From positions 72,934 through 136,933 of the forward strand of contig CAVUGO010000006.1 of NCBI GenBank assembly GCA_963741045.1: DNA of 64,000 bases. Reading direction: 5' to 3'. Source of the DNA: an uncultured Acidobacteriota bacterium. GTDB lineage: Bacteria; Acidobacteriota; Terriglobia; Acidiferrales; UBA7541. The first letter of the stretch is position 1, and each line of letters begins with the position of its first letter. Of the stretch, positions 10,659-19,539 are shown piece by piece. The notes beneath the pieces are model-generated. The model was not told where the DNA came from, made no database searches, and saw only the letters and a list, made by a program, of their open reading frames with translations. The translations under genes were made by a program, and so were the position numbers.

Positions 10659-10988
10659 ATGGATGAACACGAATTTCAAAAAAAGTGCGACGCAGCATTC
10701 GAATCCCTGCGCAAGCGCCTGCTCGATATTGGCGACCAGCACGATTTCGAAGTAGAAGGCGGCGCCGGCAAACTCGAAATTGAATTCGAAGACGAGGACG
10801 AAACTCGCTTCGTCATCAGCCCCAACACGCCGGTCCGCCAAATCTGGATTTCGGCTCTAACGACGAGTTTCAAACTCGGCTGGTCAGATTCAGCACAGGC
10901 GTTTGTGCTCGAGAAGACGGGCGAAACTCTGAATCAGGTAATGAGCCGCATCCTGACTGAAAAACTCGGCGAACCGGTCCAAGTCTGA
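10659..10988 (+). CDS. cyaY: Frataxin-like iron donor CyaY
   Basis: 109 aa. Acidic N-terminal helix followed by GKLEIEFEDEDETRFVISPNTPVRQIWISA, typical of the CyaY/frataxin family. Confidence 0.75.
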   Translation: MDEHEFQKKCDAAFESLRKRLLDIGDQHDFEVEGGAGKLEIEFEDEDETRFVISPNTPVRQIWISALTTSFKLGWSDSAQAFVLEKTGETLNQVMSRILTEKLGEPVQV

Positions 10989-10994
10989 ACTCGA

Positions 10995-11579
10995 ATGCGC
11001 CTGCGCTTCCGTCGGTTAACCTTCGGCTTATTCCTCGCAGCCACAGCGGCAACGATATTTGCCTCTGCCGGCAACGCGCTCGTATCAGCTCAAGAGGCGC
11101 TGCCTAGTCCCGCTGCGGTCGTTAAGCCGCAAACGTTCGTCTCAATCGAACCCGTCCCACGCGGAAAATCGTTTGAAATAGCGGTGGTTGTCGAGATTGC
11201 GAAGGGTTTTCACATGAACTCGCACAAGCCGACTGATCCGTATCTGATCCAAACAACCCTCACGCCGCAGCTACCTCCCGGATTCGACGTCGCTGACACG
11301 ATCTACCCGGACGGGCATCAGGAAAAATTCTCGTTTTCGCCCAATAAACCCCTGAATGTTTATACCGGCAAGGTGATCCTGCGGCTAAAATTAACGGCGC
11401 ACCCGGATGCGGCCTTCGGCGCGACTACAATTCCCATCACGCTTCGCTACCAGGCTTGCAACGACACTACCTGCCTGCAACCCGTAAAGATTCCGGTGGA
11501 TGCAAAGTTTCAAGTGGCCGCTACCGGCACAAAATCACACGCCGCGCACGCGGAGATTTTCACCGCCGCCGCGAATTAA
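10995..11579 (+). CDS. DsbD N-terminal (alpha) domain-like periplasmic protein
   Basis: Signal peptide, then an immunoglobulin-like domain with FHMNSHKP and LRYQACNDTTCLQPVKIPV (the conserved Cys pair of the DsbD alpha/DsbC-type domain). Confidence 0.65.
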   Translation: MRLRFRRLTFGLFLAATAATIFASAGNALVSAQEALPSPAAVVKPQTFVSIEPVPRGKSFEIAVVVEIAKGFHMNSHKPTDPYLIQTTLTPQLPPGFDVADTIYPDGHQEKFSFSPNKPLNVYTGKVILRLKLTAHPDAAFGATTIPITLRYQACNDTTCLQPVKIPVDAKFQVAATGTKSHAAHAEIFTAAAN

Positions 11580-11596
11580 CAACGGCTTCCAACCCG

Positions 11597-12241
11597 CTAC
11601 CGAAATTCTACCTGCTCGAATCCAAGGCCCGTAAGCATTCGCGAAAGCGTGGTGCGCGCATTCTGGTCCGCCGTTTTCAGCACGCCATCCTGCAACGCGG
11701 CCTGCTGCAGCTGCCGTTCTGCTTCTTCGCGAACTTCGCTTTCCAGATTCGGATCTGGGCTCGAAAAAAGCCCCGTGTCGCGGGAATAAACGCGCGTCCG
11801 CGCGTTGTCGATACGCGTCGTAAATATTTCCGCTGCGGGGATGCGCAGTGAAATCGTCCGCCCGTGCACGGACACATCCGCCGGCTGCACTTTTCCCAGG
11901 TCCACTCCGGCAATCACATCTCCGTGCACCACGAGAAGCAACCGGTCACTAGCCAGGAATTTCGGCAAGTACGCATTGTCACGCTCGCCCGAGATGATCT
12001 TGTCCATCGTGTAGGAGACGGTTTCAAGTCGCTGTAGCTGCTGGATCTGGCGCACCACCGTCGGCTGATTTACGTTGATTACGGTGGTGCCGCCGCGAAA
12101 AAGGCCAATTAACTGAAGAAAGCCCATGCCCGTCCACAACCACACGGAGAGGCCAACTACAGCAAGCGCAATTGCCGCTCCCAGAAGAATTCCGCGCGCC
12201 GGAAGCCGTTGCCGTTCGATGTTTGGCGGGACAAAGCTCAT
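11597..12241 (-). CDS. Membrane-anchored hypothetical protein (DUF4230-like)
   Basis: One N-terminal TM helix followed by a soluble domain. Resemblance to DUF4230 is by eye only. Confidence 0.4.
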   Translation of the reverse strand: MSFVPPNIERQRLPARGILLGAAIALAVVGLSVWLWTGMGFLQLIGLFRGGTTVINVNQPTVVRQIQQLQRLETVSYTMDKIISGERDNAYLPKFLASDRLLLVVHGDVIAGVDLGKVQPADVSVHGRTISLRIPAAEIFTTRIDNARTRVYSRDTGLFSSPDPNLESEVREEAERQLQQAALQDGVLKTADQNARTTLSRMLTGLGFEQVEFR

Positions 12242-12269
12242 TACTCTAATCTTGCCTGAATCGCAGGAT

Positions 12270-13748
12270 TTACTTCGCAGAAATTAAGGGCAGCGCTTTC
12301 CGTAGCCGTGTAATCACTCGCTCCTTACCCAGCGCAACCATTGTATCGAAGAGCGGAGGTGCCACAGCACGGCCCACAATCGCCACGCGCGTCGCATTGA
12401 TCAGAAGGCCTGCCTTCACTCCCTCAGCCGCCGCCACCCCGCGCAAAGCGGCATCGCAGGCATCATGGTTCCAATCCGGCAGGGCTGCGAGTGCGTCCGC
12501 AAGCTTCGCGATGAGCCCCGGAATTTTTTCATCCTTCCAGAATTTCGCGCGCGCCTCCGGCTCATACTCGAAATCGTCAGTGAAAAACGCCCGCGCCCAC
12601 CCCGAAAAATCATGTAGCAAACGCGTTCGCGGCCGTATCAAATCCACCGTCCGTGCAAACCATTCCTTTTCCGCGCCAGCCCAAGCGTCTTTCCACAATC
12701 CGGCCCGCTTCAATTCCGCTTCAACATACGGCAGAATTTCTTCCACGGGCGGTTTCTGCAAATACTGCGTATTAAACCATTCGAGTTTCGCCCGGTCGAA
12801 AATCGCATTCGTGCGGCTCACGCCCGAAAGCGAAAATCTCTCGATCAATTCCGGAGTCCGCATATACTCCGCGTCACCGCCAGCCGACCACCCAAGCAGC
12901 GCCAGAAAATTTCGAAAAGCTTCGGGCAGAAATCCTTCATCCGCATACGACCCGACGCTGGTCGCCCCGTGCCGCTTCGATAGCCGCGTCCGGTCCGCCC
13001 CAAGGATCAGCGGCACATGCGCGAAAATCGGCGGCTCGGCTCCCAGCGCGCGGTAAATCAACACCTGCTTCGGCGTATTCGACAAATGATCCGCGCCGCG
13101 AATAATGTGCGTGATGCGCATGTCAATATCGTCCACCACTACGCTCAACTGATACGTCGGCAGCCCCGACGAGCGCAGCAGCACAAAATCCTCAATCTCC
13201 GCGTTCTGCACTTCTCGTGGCCCGAACACGGCGTCCTCGAATTTGGTGACCCCGGTCCGCGGGACCTTAAAACGAATCGCGCGCGGAATCCCTTGCGCTT
13301 CTTTTGCGGCTCGCTCTGCCTCGCTCAAATCCCGGCAGTTGCAACCAGCGGTCTTCTCCACTTTCGGCGTTTCATCGTCGCCCTCGCCCTCTTGCTCCTC
13401 GCGCGTCGCATCAGCTCCACCGTAAGCCACCGGCTTGCAGTAACAGGTATAGGCAGCCCCGCTCGCCAGAATCTTCTCCCCAGCGGCGCGATACATCTCC
13501 AGCCGCTGCGACTGAAAATACGGCCCCTCGTCCCATTCGACTCCAAGCCATTTCAGCCCTTCCAGGATTCCATCAACAAGCTCCGGCCGATTGCGTTCCA
13601 CATCGGTATCTTCAATTCGTAGCAGGAGTGTGCCACCCTCATGCCGTGCGAAAAGCCAATTAAAAAGAGCGGTGCGAGCGCCGCCAACGTGCAAATATCC
13701 CGTCGGAGAAGGAGCGAATCGTACGCGCGGTTTTTGCGGGGAATTCAT
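12270..13748 (-). CDS. gltX: Glutamate--tRNA ligase
   Basis: RFAPSPTGYLHVGGARTALFNWLFAR (HIGH region), RLSKRHG (KMSKS), and a CYC...CNC zinc-knuckle insertion. Confidence 0.9.
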   Translation of the reverse strand: MNSPQKPRVRFAPSPTGYLHVGGARTALFNWLFARHEGGTLLLRIEDTDVERNRPELVDGILEGLKWLGVEWDEGPYFQSQRLEMYRAAGEKILASGAAYTCYCKPVAYGGADATREEQEGEGDDETPKVEKTAGCNCRDLSEAERAAKEAQGIPRAIRFKVPRTGVTKFEDAVFGPREVQNAEIEDFVLLRSSGLPTYQLSVVVDDIDMRITHIIRGADHLSNTPKQVLIYRALGAEPPIFAHVPLILGADRTRLSKRHGATSVGSYADEGFLPEAFRNFLALLGWSAGGDAEYMRTPELIERFSLSGVSRTNAIFDRAKLEWFNTQYLQKPPVEEILPYVEAELKRAGLWKDAWAGAEKEWFARTVDLIRPRTRLLHDFSGWARAFFTDDFEYEPEARAKFWKDEKIPGLIAKLADALAALPDWNHDACDAALRGVAAAEGVKAGLLINATRVAIVGRAVAPPLFDTMVALGKERVITRLRKALPLISAK

Positions 13749-14065
13749 TCAGTCGATCCCTTCGTGGCTCGGAAACCATCCATTTTAGCGGATAGCCCTC
13801 GCGAAATCGAGAGAGCCGAGCGGAAATAGATGAAACGACGGGAGTTGGTACGAGGGTACTGTTGACCGTTTTTGACCGCTCAGTCATAGTCACACTTGGA
13901 TGCGGCCATCCGCCCTCGGCCTGGAATTTCATGCCGATTGTGCGCCGTGGTCCTAGACTCGCCGGAGGTTGACCTCCACGAAACTCGACTGGACACGCCG
14001 CCGGAAGGCTGGCAATTTTCTGATATTCTCGGCGGAAGACCGCTGTTCATGAAAAAGGCGCCAAG

Positions 14066-17000
14066 TTGTTGAGCCAACTCAATCCGACCTCCATTGTCCC
14101 GCTGGCGAGCGCCTTCCTGCTTGGGCTGTTTTTCGTCTACGTCTATCTGCAGAAACGGCAAGAATATCTGCTCGCATGGTCAGTCGGCTGGCTCCTGCTT
14201 GCTGCCCACTTCGTTCCAATGATGTTACCTCCTCAAATTACCGTGCCCAAATGGGCCTGGAGCGCCAACGAATGGATTCTCGCGATTGCAGCTCTGTCTT
14301 TCTATTGTTCCGCGCGGCTTTATGGCCGTCTCACGGTCCACTTCCGGGCGATTTTCGCCGTCGCTGCTGCTTTGGCGGTTTGGGCTGTCGCTTTTGACCG
14401 CGGTTGGACTCAGGCTCCTTTGGGCCTCTCGGTTACGCTGACCTTTTTCTTCGTCGCCCGCACATTCTGGGAAGAAGGTCAAAAGCAGGAATCGCGTGCG
14501 GATCTTCTGCTTGCGATCACATTCGTTTTCTGGGGTCTGATTCGCGTCGCTACCGTCCTTCAGCCGCGGTTCGGGGGCCGCTTCGCCAACGTCAGTCTGG
14601 TCCCGCTGGTCGCTCTGCCTGAGCTTTTCGCCGGCGTGCTGATGGTGATGGCCGTTTACGAGGAGGAGCGGCGCCGTGTTGAACGAAACATGCTAGCGCT
14701 CTCCAACCTCAACCTCGCAACGTCCAGTTTCGTGGGCGGCGAAATTCAGAAAATGCTGGCGCAGGCGCTCGACCGCGTTCTGAATGTCGTGCGCATCCCG
14801 GCTGGCGCTTTGTGCCTGCATTATGGCGATTCGGAAGGGCCCACCTCTGTCGTCGGCACCGGCATGGGCGATGCGTTTTGTTCCGCTGCACAGCAGGATG
14901 ACCTTGACGAGTACATTGTAAATCTCGTCGCTCGCCTCGGCGGTCTTGTGGTCCTTCGAAATCTCGTCAGCGATTCGGATTACCGCACGCTCGAAAAAGA
15001 AGAACAGTTCCAACACCTGCGCAAGCTGCTGCTCGAACAAGGGCTTCGAACCGTCGTGGGTATCAGCCTGCAAGCCAAGGAGCGCGTATTTGGAGTGCTC
15101 TTGCTCGGGACACCAGACAACCGCAATTTCACCGCAGCCGAGTTGCGGCTTTTGCTCGCGCTTGGTCACCAGATCGGCATGGCCGTTGAGAACAGCTACT
15201 TGATTCAGCAAACTGCCCGGCGCAGCGAAGAGCTTCACATCCTGAACGAAATTGGCCGCGCACTGAGCTCCACCCTTCAGCCGGACATTCTCTTCGAGCG
15301 TATCTATTCGGAAATCCGCAGGTTGCTCGACGTGAGCAGTTTCTTCATCGCTTTCTATGACGGCAAGGCCGACGAAGTGCGATTCGAGATTGAAGTGTTG
15401 GACGGCGAACGGCAACCCAAACGGACGCGCCCGCCGGGAAACCACTTGGTTGAGTTCGTGGTCCGCGAGCGGCAACCGCTCTTGATTCGCGATCACTTCC
15501 ACGATGAAACAGCGCGGCTCGGATTCGATCCCGCTCGCGAAGCAGGCTCGATCTGCGTGGTGCCGCTGATTCTTTACGACCGCGCCATCGGCGTGATGGC
15601 CGTGCACAGTCCCAACGAGCGCGTTTTCGACGAAGGCCACGTGGAGCTGCTGCGCGTTCTTTCCAGCGAAGCCTGCATCGCCATTGAGAATTCTCGCCTC
15701 TTCGCCGAAGAGCAGAAAAAATCGCGGCATCTTACGCTGGTAAATAATATTTCGAGCCATGCGATCACTACCCTGAATCCCGAAGAGATGCTCGCCAAAA
15801 TCGCCTCCGAAATCGAGAATGGCCTCACCTACGATCACATCGGAATCGCCGTGCTCGATTATTCGGCGAAAGAGCTTGTGATTCAGGCGGAGGCGGGCGC
15901 ACGGCACGACGCCATCGGCCGCCGCATTCTGCTGGGCGAAGGTCTCATCGGCCAGGTGGCACGAACCGGGCAACTTGCCATCGTTCGCGAGGTGAACGCC
16001 ACCACTCCGCGCCTGATCGTGCCGGGAAGCGTCTCTGCGATTGCCTTGCCGGTGTCGTACGCGGACGGGCTCCTAGGCGTTTTGTATGTCGAGTCATCCG
16101 AGAAGTCCAGCTTCCCGGATGAGGAGGTCCTTGTCCTCCGCACTCTCGCCGATCTTTTTGCTGGCGCGCTGCACAATGCGCTTACGTTCCAAAAAGCACA
16201 GGAACAGGCAATCACCGACGGGCTCACGGGCGTCAAAACTCACCGCTACTTGATGGAAACGCTTTCGCAGGAATGGAAGCGCTCCACGCGCGCAAACCGT
16301 CCCTTTTCTCTCGTGCTGATGGACCTGGACCGCTTCAAGTTTGTGAACGATTTCTACGGCCACCTCGAAGGCGACGTGGTGCTGCAACGCGTCGGCCACA
16401 TCCTCGAGCAGAATTGCCGCCGTTCCGACGTGGTCGCGCGATACGGCGGCGACGAATTCGTGATCCTGATGCCGGAAACATCCGTAGAACAAGCGCGCCA
16501 GTTGGCGAGCAAGCTGCGCGGTTGGATCGCGTCCGATCCGCTGCTGCGCGATAAAAATATTACCGCCAGCTTCGGTATCGCCGGCTTTCCGGTTCACGGG
16601 TCTACGCCGCAGGAGCTCATCCAGGTGGCGGACTCCTCGATGTACCTCTCGAAGCATCAGGGCGGCAATTCCGTATCAAGCGCGGAGCAGACCGACCCGA
16701 ACGATACGAAGCGCTGGAAAAAAGATGTCCTCGAAGCCTATCTCGGCGTCACCCTCAAGCGCCTGTTTTCCACTGGCCCGGAAGCGTTCGACGAGATCTA
16801 CCGCCGCCTGGAACAATTCACGCGTTCGCTCACGGAACAGGGTGCGGGCAACACGGCTGAATCATTGCCGCCGGCTGTGGTGGAAACCGTGACTTCGCTC
16901 GCCCTCGCGATTGACGCGAAAGACCACTATACGCAGGGCCATTCGCAGAAAGTTTCCGCGTATGCGGTGATGATTGCAGAGGCTCTCAGCATGGATGCGT

Positions 17001-17491
17001 CGGAAGTGGAAGAGATACGCCTTGCTGGTCTTCTGCACGACATCGGCAAGGTTGGTGTCCCCGAACCGATTTTGAACAAGTCCGGCCCACTCGACGCCAC
17101 TGAGTGGGAGACGATGAAGACGCATACCGAGCTGGGCGCCAAAATTCTGGAACCGCTCGAAGCCATGAAACGCATCCGGCTGATGGTGCGCCACCATCAC
17201 GAGTTCTACGACGGCACCGGTTATCCGGACCGCATGGAAGGCGAACGCATTCCATATGGCGCGCGTGTGATAGCAATCGCCGATGCCTACGACACGATTA
17301 CTTCGGAGCGCACCTACAAGAAAGCGCGGACTCCCGAGGACGCATTCCTCGAACTCGAACGTTGCGCTTCCAATCAATTCGATCCCTCGCTCGTGCGCGT
17401 GTTCATCGAAACGATGCGCCGGGCCCCCCGCCAAACCGTTGAGGCCGGCGTAGGCGCTTCAGAACGTCCTACCGATTCAGCGCTCGCGTAG
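14066..17491 (+). CDS. Membrane-bound multi-GAF sensor with GGDEF diguanylate cyclase and HD-GYP phosphodiesterase domains
   Basis: About 7 N-terminal TM helices and three GAF-like repeats. The GGDEF domain reads RRSDVVARYGGDEFVILM (RxxD I-site plus GGDEF). The HD-GYP domain has HDIGKVGVP and HHHEFYDGTGYP. The TTG start is uncertain. Confidence 0.85.
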   Translation: MLSQLNPTSIVPLASAFLLGLFFVYVYLQKRQEYLLAWSVGWLLLAAHFVPMMLPPQITVPKWAWSANEWILAIAALSFYCSARLYGRLTVHFRAIFAVAAALAVWAVAFDRGWTQAPLGLSVTLTFFFVARTFWEEGQKQESRADLLLAITFVFWGLIRVATVLQPRFGGRFANVSLVPLVALPELFAGVLMVMAVYEEERRRVERNMLALSNLNLATSSFVGGEIQKMLAQALDRVLNVVRIPAGALCLHYGDSEGPTSVVGTGMGDAFCSAAQQDDLDEYIVNLVARLGGLVVLRNLVSDSDYRTLEKEEQFQHLRKLLLEQGLRTVVGISLQAKERVFGVLLLGTPDNRNFTAAELRLLLALGHQIGMAVENSYLIQQTARRSEELHILNEIGRALSSTLQPDILFERIYSEIRRLLDVSSFFIAFYDGKADEVRFEIEVLDGERQPKRTRPPGNHLVEFVVRERQPLLIRDHFHDETARLGFDPAREAGSICVVPLILYDRAIGVMAVHSPNERVFDEGHVELLRVLSSEACIAIENSRLFAEEQKKSRHLTLVNNISSHAITTLNPEEMLAKIASEIENGLTYDHIGIAVLDYSAKELVIQAEAGARHDAIGRRILLGEGLIGQVARTGQLAIVREVNATTPRLIVPGSVSAIALPVSYADGLLGVLYVESSEKSSFPDEEVLVLRTLADLFAGALHNALTFQKAQEQAITDGLTGVKTHRYLMETLSQEWKRSTRANRPFSLVLMDLDRFKFVNDFYGHLEGDVVLQRVGHILEQNCRRSDVVARYGGDEFVILMPETSVEQARQLASKLRGWIASDPLLRDKNITASFGIAGFPVHGSTPQELIQVADSSMYLSKHQGGNSVSSAEQTDPNDTKRWKKDVLEAYLGVTLKRLFSTGPEAFDEIYRRLEQFTRSLTEQGAGNTAESLPPAVVETVTSLALAIDAKDHYTQGHSQKVSAYAVMIAEALSMDASEVEEIRLAGLLHDIGKVGVPEPILNKSGPLDATEWETMKTHTELGAKILEPLEAMKRIRLMVRHHHEFYDGTGYPDRMEGERIPYGARVIAIADAYDTITSERTYKKARTPEDAFLELERCASNQFDPSLVRVFIETMRRAPRQTVEAGVGASERPTDSALA

Positions 17492-17578
17492 AAATACGCC
17501 TGCTTCCCGCCATGCTGGACGCGAGAAATTCTTCCCGGTAAAGTCTCTTGTGCGAATTTGTGCGCGCCGGAGACGACG

Positions 17579-17989
17579 ATGCGAACTGCGGTGGTGAAAT
17601 GGGCGGGTGAAGAGGAATTTCTCGCTACGATGCCTTCGGGCCAGACTGTGCTCTTCGACGCCGCGAGCGAGCATAAAAAGGGTCCCAGCCCGAAGGAAAC
17701 TCTGCTCGGGGCACTGGGCGCTTGCACTGGAGTTGATGTGGTTTCGATCTTGCGAAAAAAACGGCAAGACCTCCGGTCGCTCGAAATAAGCATTTCCGGC
17801 GAAGACGCGCACGACCCACCTCAGGTTTGGACGAAAATCGAAATTGTCTACCGGCTCACGGGTAAGCTTGACGACAAGGCCGTTCGGGACGCCATCCAGC
17901 TGAGCGAAACGAAATATTGCTCGTTGGCTGCGATGCTTGGAAAAACCGCGAAAATCACCTACCGCTACGAAATCATTCCCGTGGACTAA
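17579..17989 (+). CDS. OsmC/Ohr family peroxiredoxin-like protein
   Basis: LLGALGACTGVDVVSILRKKR and SETKYCSLAAML, the two conserved Cys blocks. Start trimmed to the SD-preceded ATG 17579. Confidence 0.75.
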   Translation: MRTAVVKWAGEEEFLATMPSGQTVLFDAASEHKKGPSPKETLLGALGACTGVDVVSILRKKRQDLRSLEISISGEDAHDPPQVWTKIEIVYRLTGKLDDKAVRDAIQLSETKYCSLAAMLGKTAKITYRYEIIPVD

Positions 17990-18064
17990 GCTACCGCGAT
18001 TACAATTCCCGCGCTTGTCTTGCTGGAGCGCGATTGCATACAATCGCCCGATTATCCCGGGTAA

Positions 18065-19075
18065 ATGGAGAGTGTAATGGGCCGACGCCTTGCCGCGAAG
18101 ATCACCGGAGTGGCCGGATACGTTCCGCCGCGCGTGGTGACCAACTTCGATCTCGAGAAGATCACCGATACCACCGACGAATGGATTCGCACGCGCACCG
18201 GCATTATCGAACGCCATTACGCCGATCCAGGAATGGCCAGTTCGCATCTGGGTACTGAAGCAGCGAGAAAACTGCTTGAAGCGAAGGGCATCCCTGCGGC
18301 AGAAATTGAAATGATCGTTCTCGCCACGGTTACGCCGGACATGTTGTTTCCCTCCACGGCTTGCCTGATTCAGGATCGTCTGGGCGCTTCGCAGGCCTGG
18401 GGATTCGATCTTTCGGCGGCGTGTTCCGGGTTCGTCTATGCCCTGACCGTGGGCGCTCAGTTTGTGGGAGCTGGCTCGCACAAGAAAGTGCTTGTGATTG
18501 GCAGCGACGTGATGACGTCGATCCTCGATTTCAAGGATCGCGCCACCTGCGTCTTGTTCGGTGACGGCGCGGGCGCAGTTCTCGTCGAGCCGGCAGCGTC
18601 GGATTCCGAGGGCATCATCGATTTCGTGAATGACGTGGACGGCTCAGGCGGCTGCAACCTTTATATGCCGGCGGGCGGCTCGCTGCATCCGTCGTCCCAC
18701 GAAACCGTGGACAAACGCATGCATTACGTCCATCAGGAAGGCGCGCAGGTTTTCAAATACGCAGTGCGACGTATGAGCGAGCTGGCCGTCGAGATTCTGG
18801 AGCGCAACGGACTGACGAGCCGGGACCTCGCGCTTGTCGTTCCGCATCAAGCAAACCTACGCATCATTCGCGCGATGCAAGACCGCCTGGGCGTAGACGA
18901 TTCGAAAATCCTCATCAACATCGACCACTTTGGCAACACCACCGCCGCCACGATTCCGCTGGGGCTGATGGACGCGCTCGAGCAGAAGCGGCTCCGCAAG
19001 GGCGATCTGGTTCTTTTGATCTCCGTGGGCGCTGGATACACCACGGGAGCGATGCTACTGCGTTGGGCCTACTAG
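18065..19075 (+). CDS. fabH: Beta-ketoacyl-ACP synthase III
   Basis: Catalytic triad contexts [19 protein letters not shown] and [10 protein letters not shown]. Confidence 0.9.
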   Translation: MESVMGRRLAAKITGVAGYVPPRVVTNFDLEKITDTTDEWIRTRTGIIERHYADPGMASSHLGTEAARKLLEAKGIPAAEIEMIVLATVTPDMLFPSTACLIQDRLGASQAWGFDLSAACSGFVYALTVGAQFVGAGSHKKVLVIGSDVMTSILDFKDRATCVLFGDGAGAVLVEPAASDSEGIIDFVNDVDGSGGCNLYMPAGGSLHPSSHETVDKRMHYVHQEGAQVFKYAVRRMSELAVEILERNGLTSRDLALVVPHQANLRIIRAMQDRLGVDDSKILINIDHFGNTTAATIPLGLMDALEQKRLRKGDLVLLISVGAGYTTGAMLLRWAY

Positions 19076-19398
19076 GGAGTGACTTCGGAGCGCAGATGCT
19101 TAGCGAGCCTTTCGATGCGTTTGAGATTGTCGGTGAGATCCTTGGGGTACTGATTTTTCGTCACCAGCTCAATTTGAGGAGGCACGCCGTCCGCCAGTTT
19201 CCTTAATTCGTCCGCCTCCTGCTTCATCTGATCCACATTCATTTTTCGGCTGCGCATCTCCATCGGTGGTTCGACAGACTGATTCGATTGCTGGTCAGCC
19301 GTCACAATTCCGGGTGGTTTCGCGCGCTGCCCCAGAGTGGCTGAAACTGAAACGATAAGAAGTGTAAGTATGCAAAGCCACAAAGGAAATTGCCGCAT
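19072..19398 (-). CDS. Small secreted hypothetical protein
   Basis: Trimmed to the AGGAGG-preceded ATG 19398. [23 protein letters not shown] signal peptide, then a charged helical region. Confidence 0.5.
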   Translation of the reverse strand: MRQFPLWLCILTLLIVSVSATLGQRAKPPGIVTADQQSNQSVEPPMEMRSRKMNVDQMKQEADELRKLADGVPPQIELVTKNQYPKDLTDNLKRIERLAKHLRSEVTP

Positions 19399-19539
19399 AG
19401 AGCCTCCTTTGTGCGACGAGCGGTTCACCCACGATGCGATTCCCAAAGCAAAACGCCAATGGCTCCGGTCGCCCGGAGCCATTGGCACATTCAGGTCACC
19501 GAAGCTGGATCGCCGAGGGAGCAGCGATCCGGCCACGGG

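Noticed and set aside
14693-15973. 426-aa ORF on the - strand
   Set aside because: Antisense to the GAF region of the 1141-aa signalling protein. It is a shadow ORF with no motifs.
17477-18481. 334-aa ORF on the - strand
   Set aside because: Antisense to both the OsmC-like gene and fabH. Arg-rich shadow frame.
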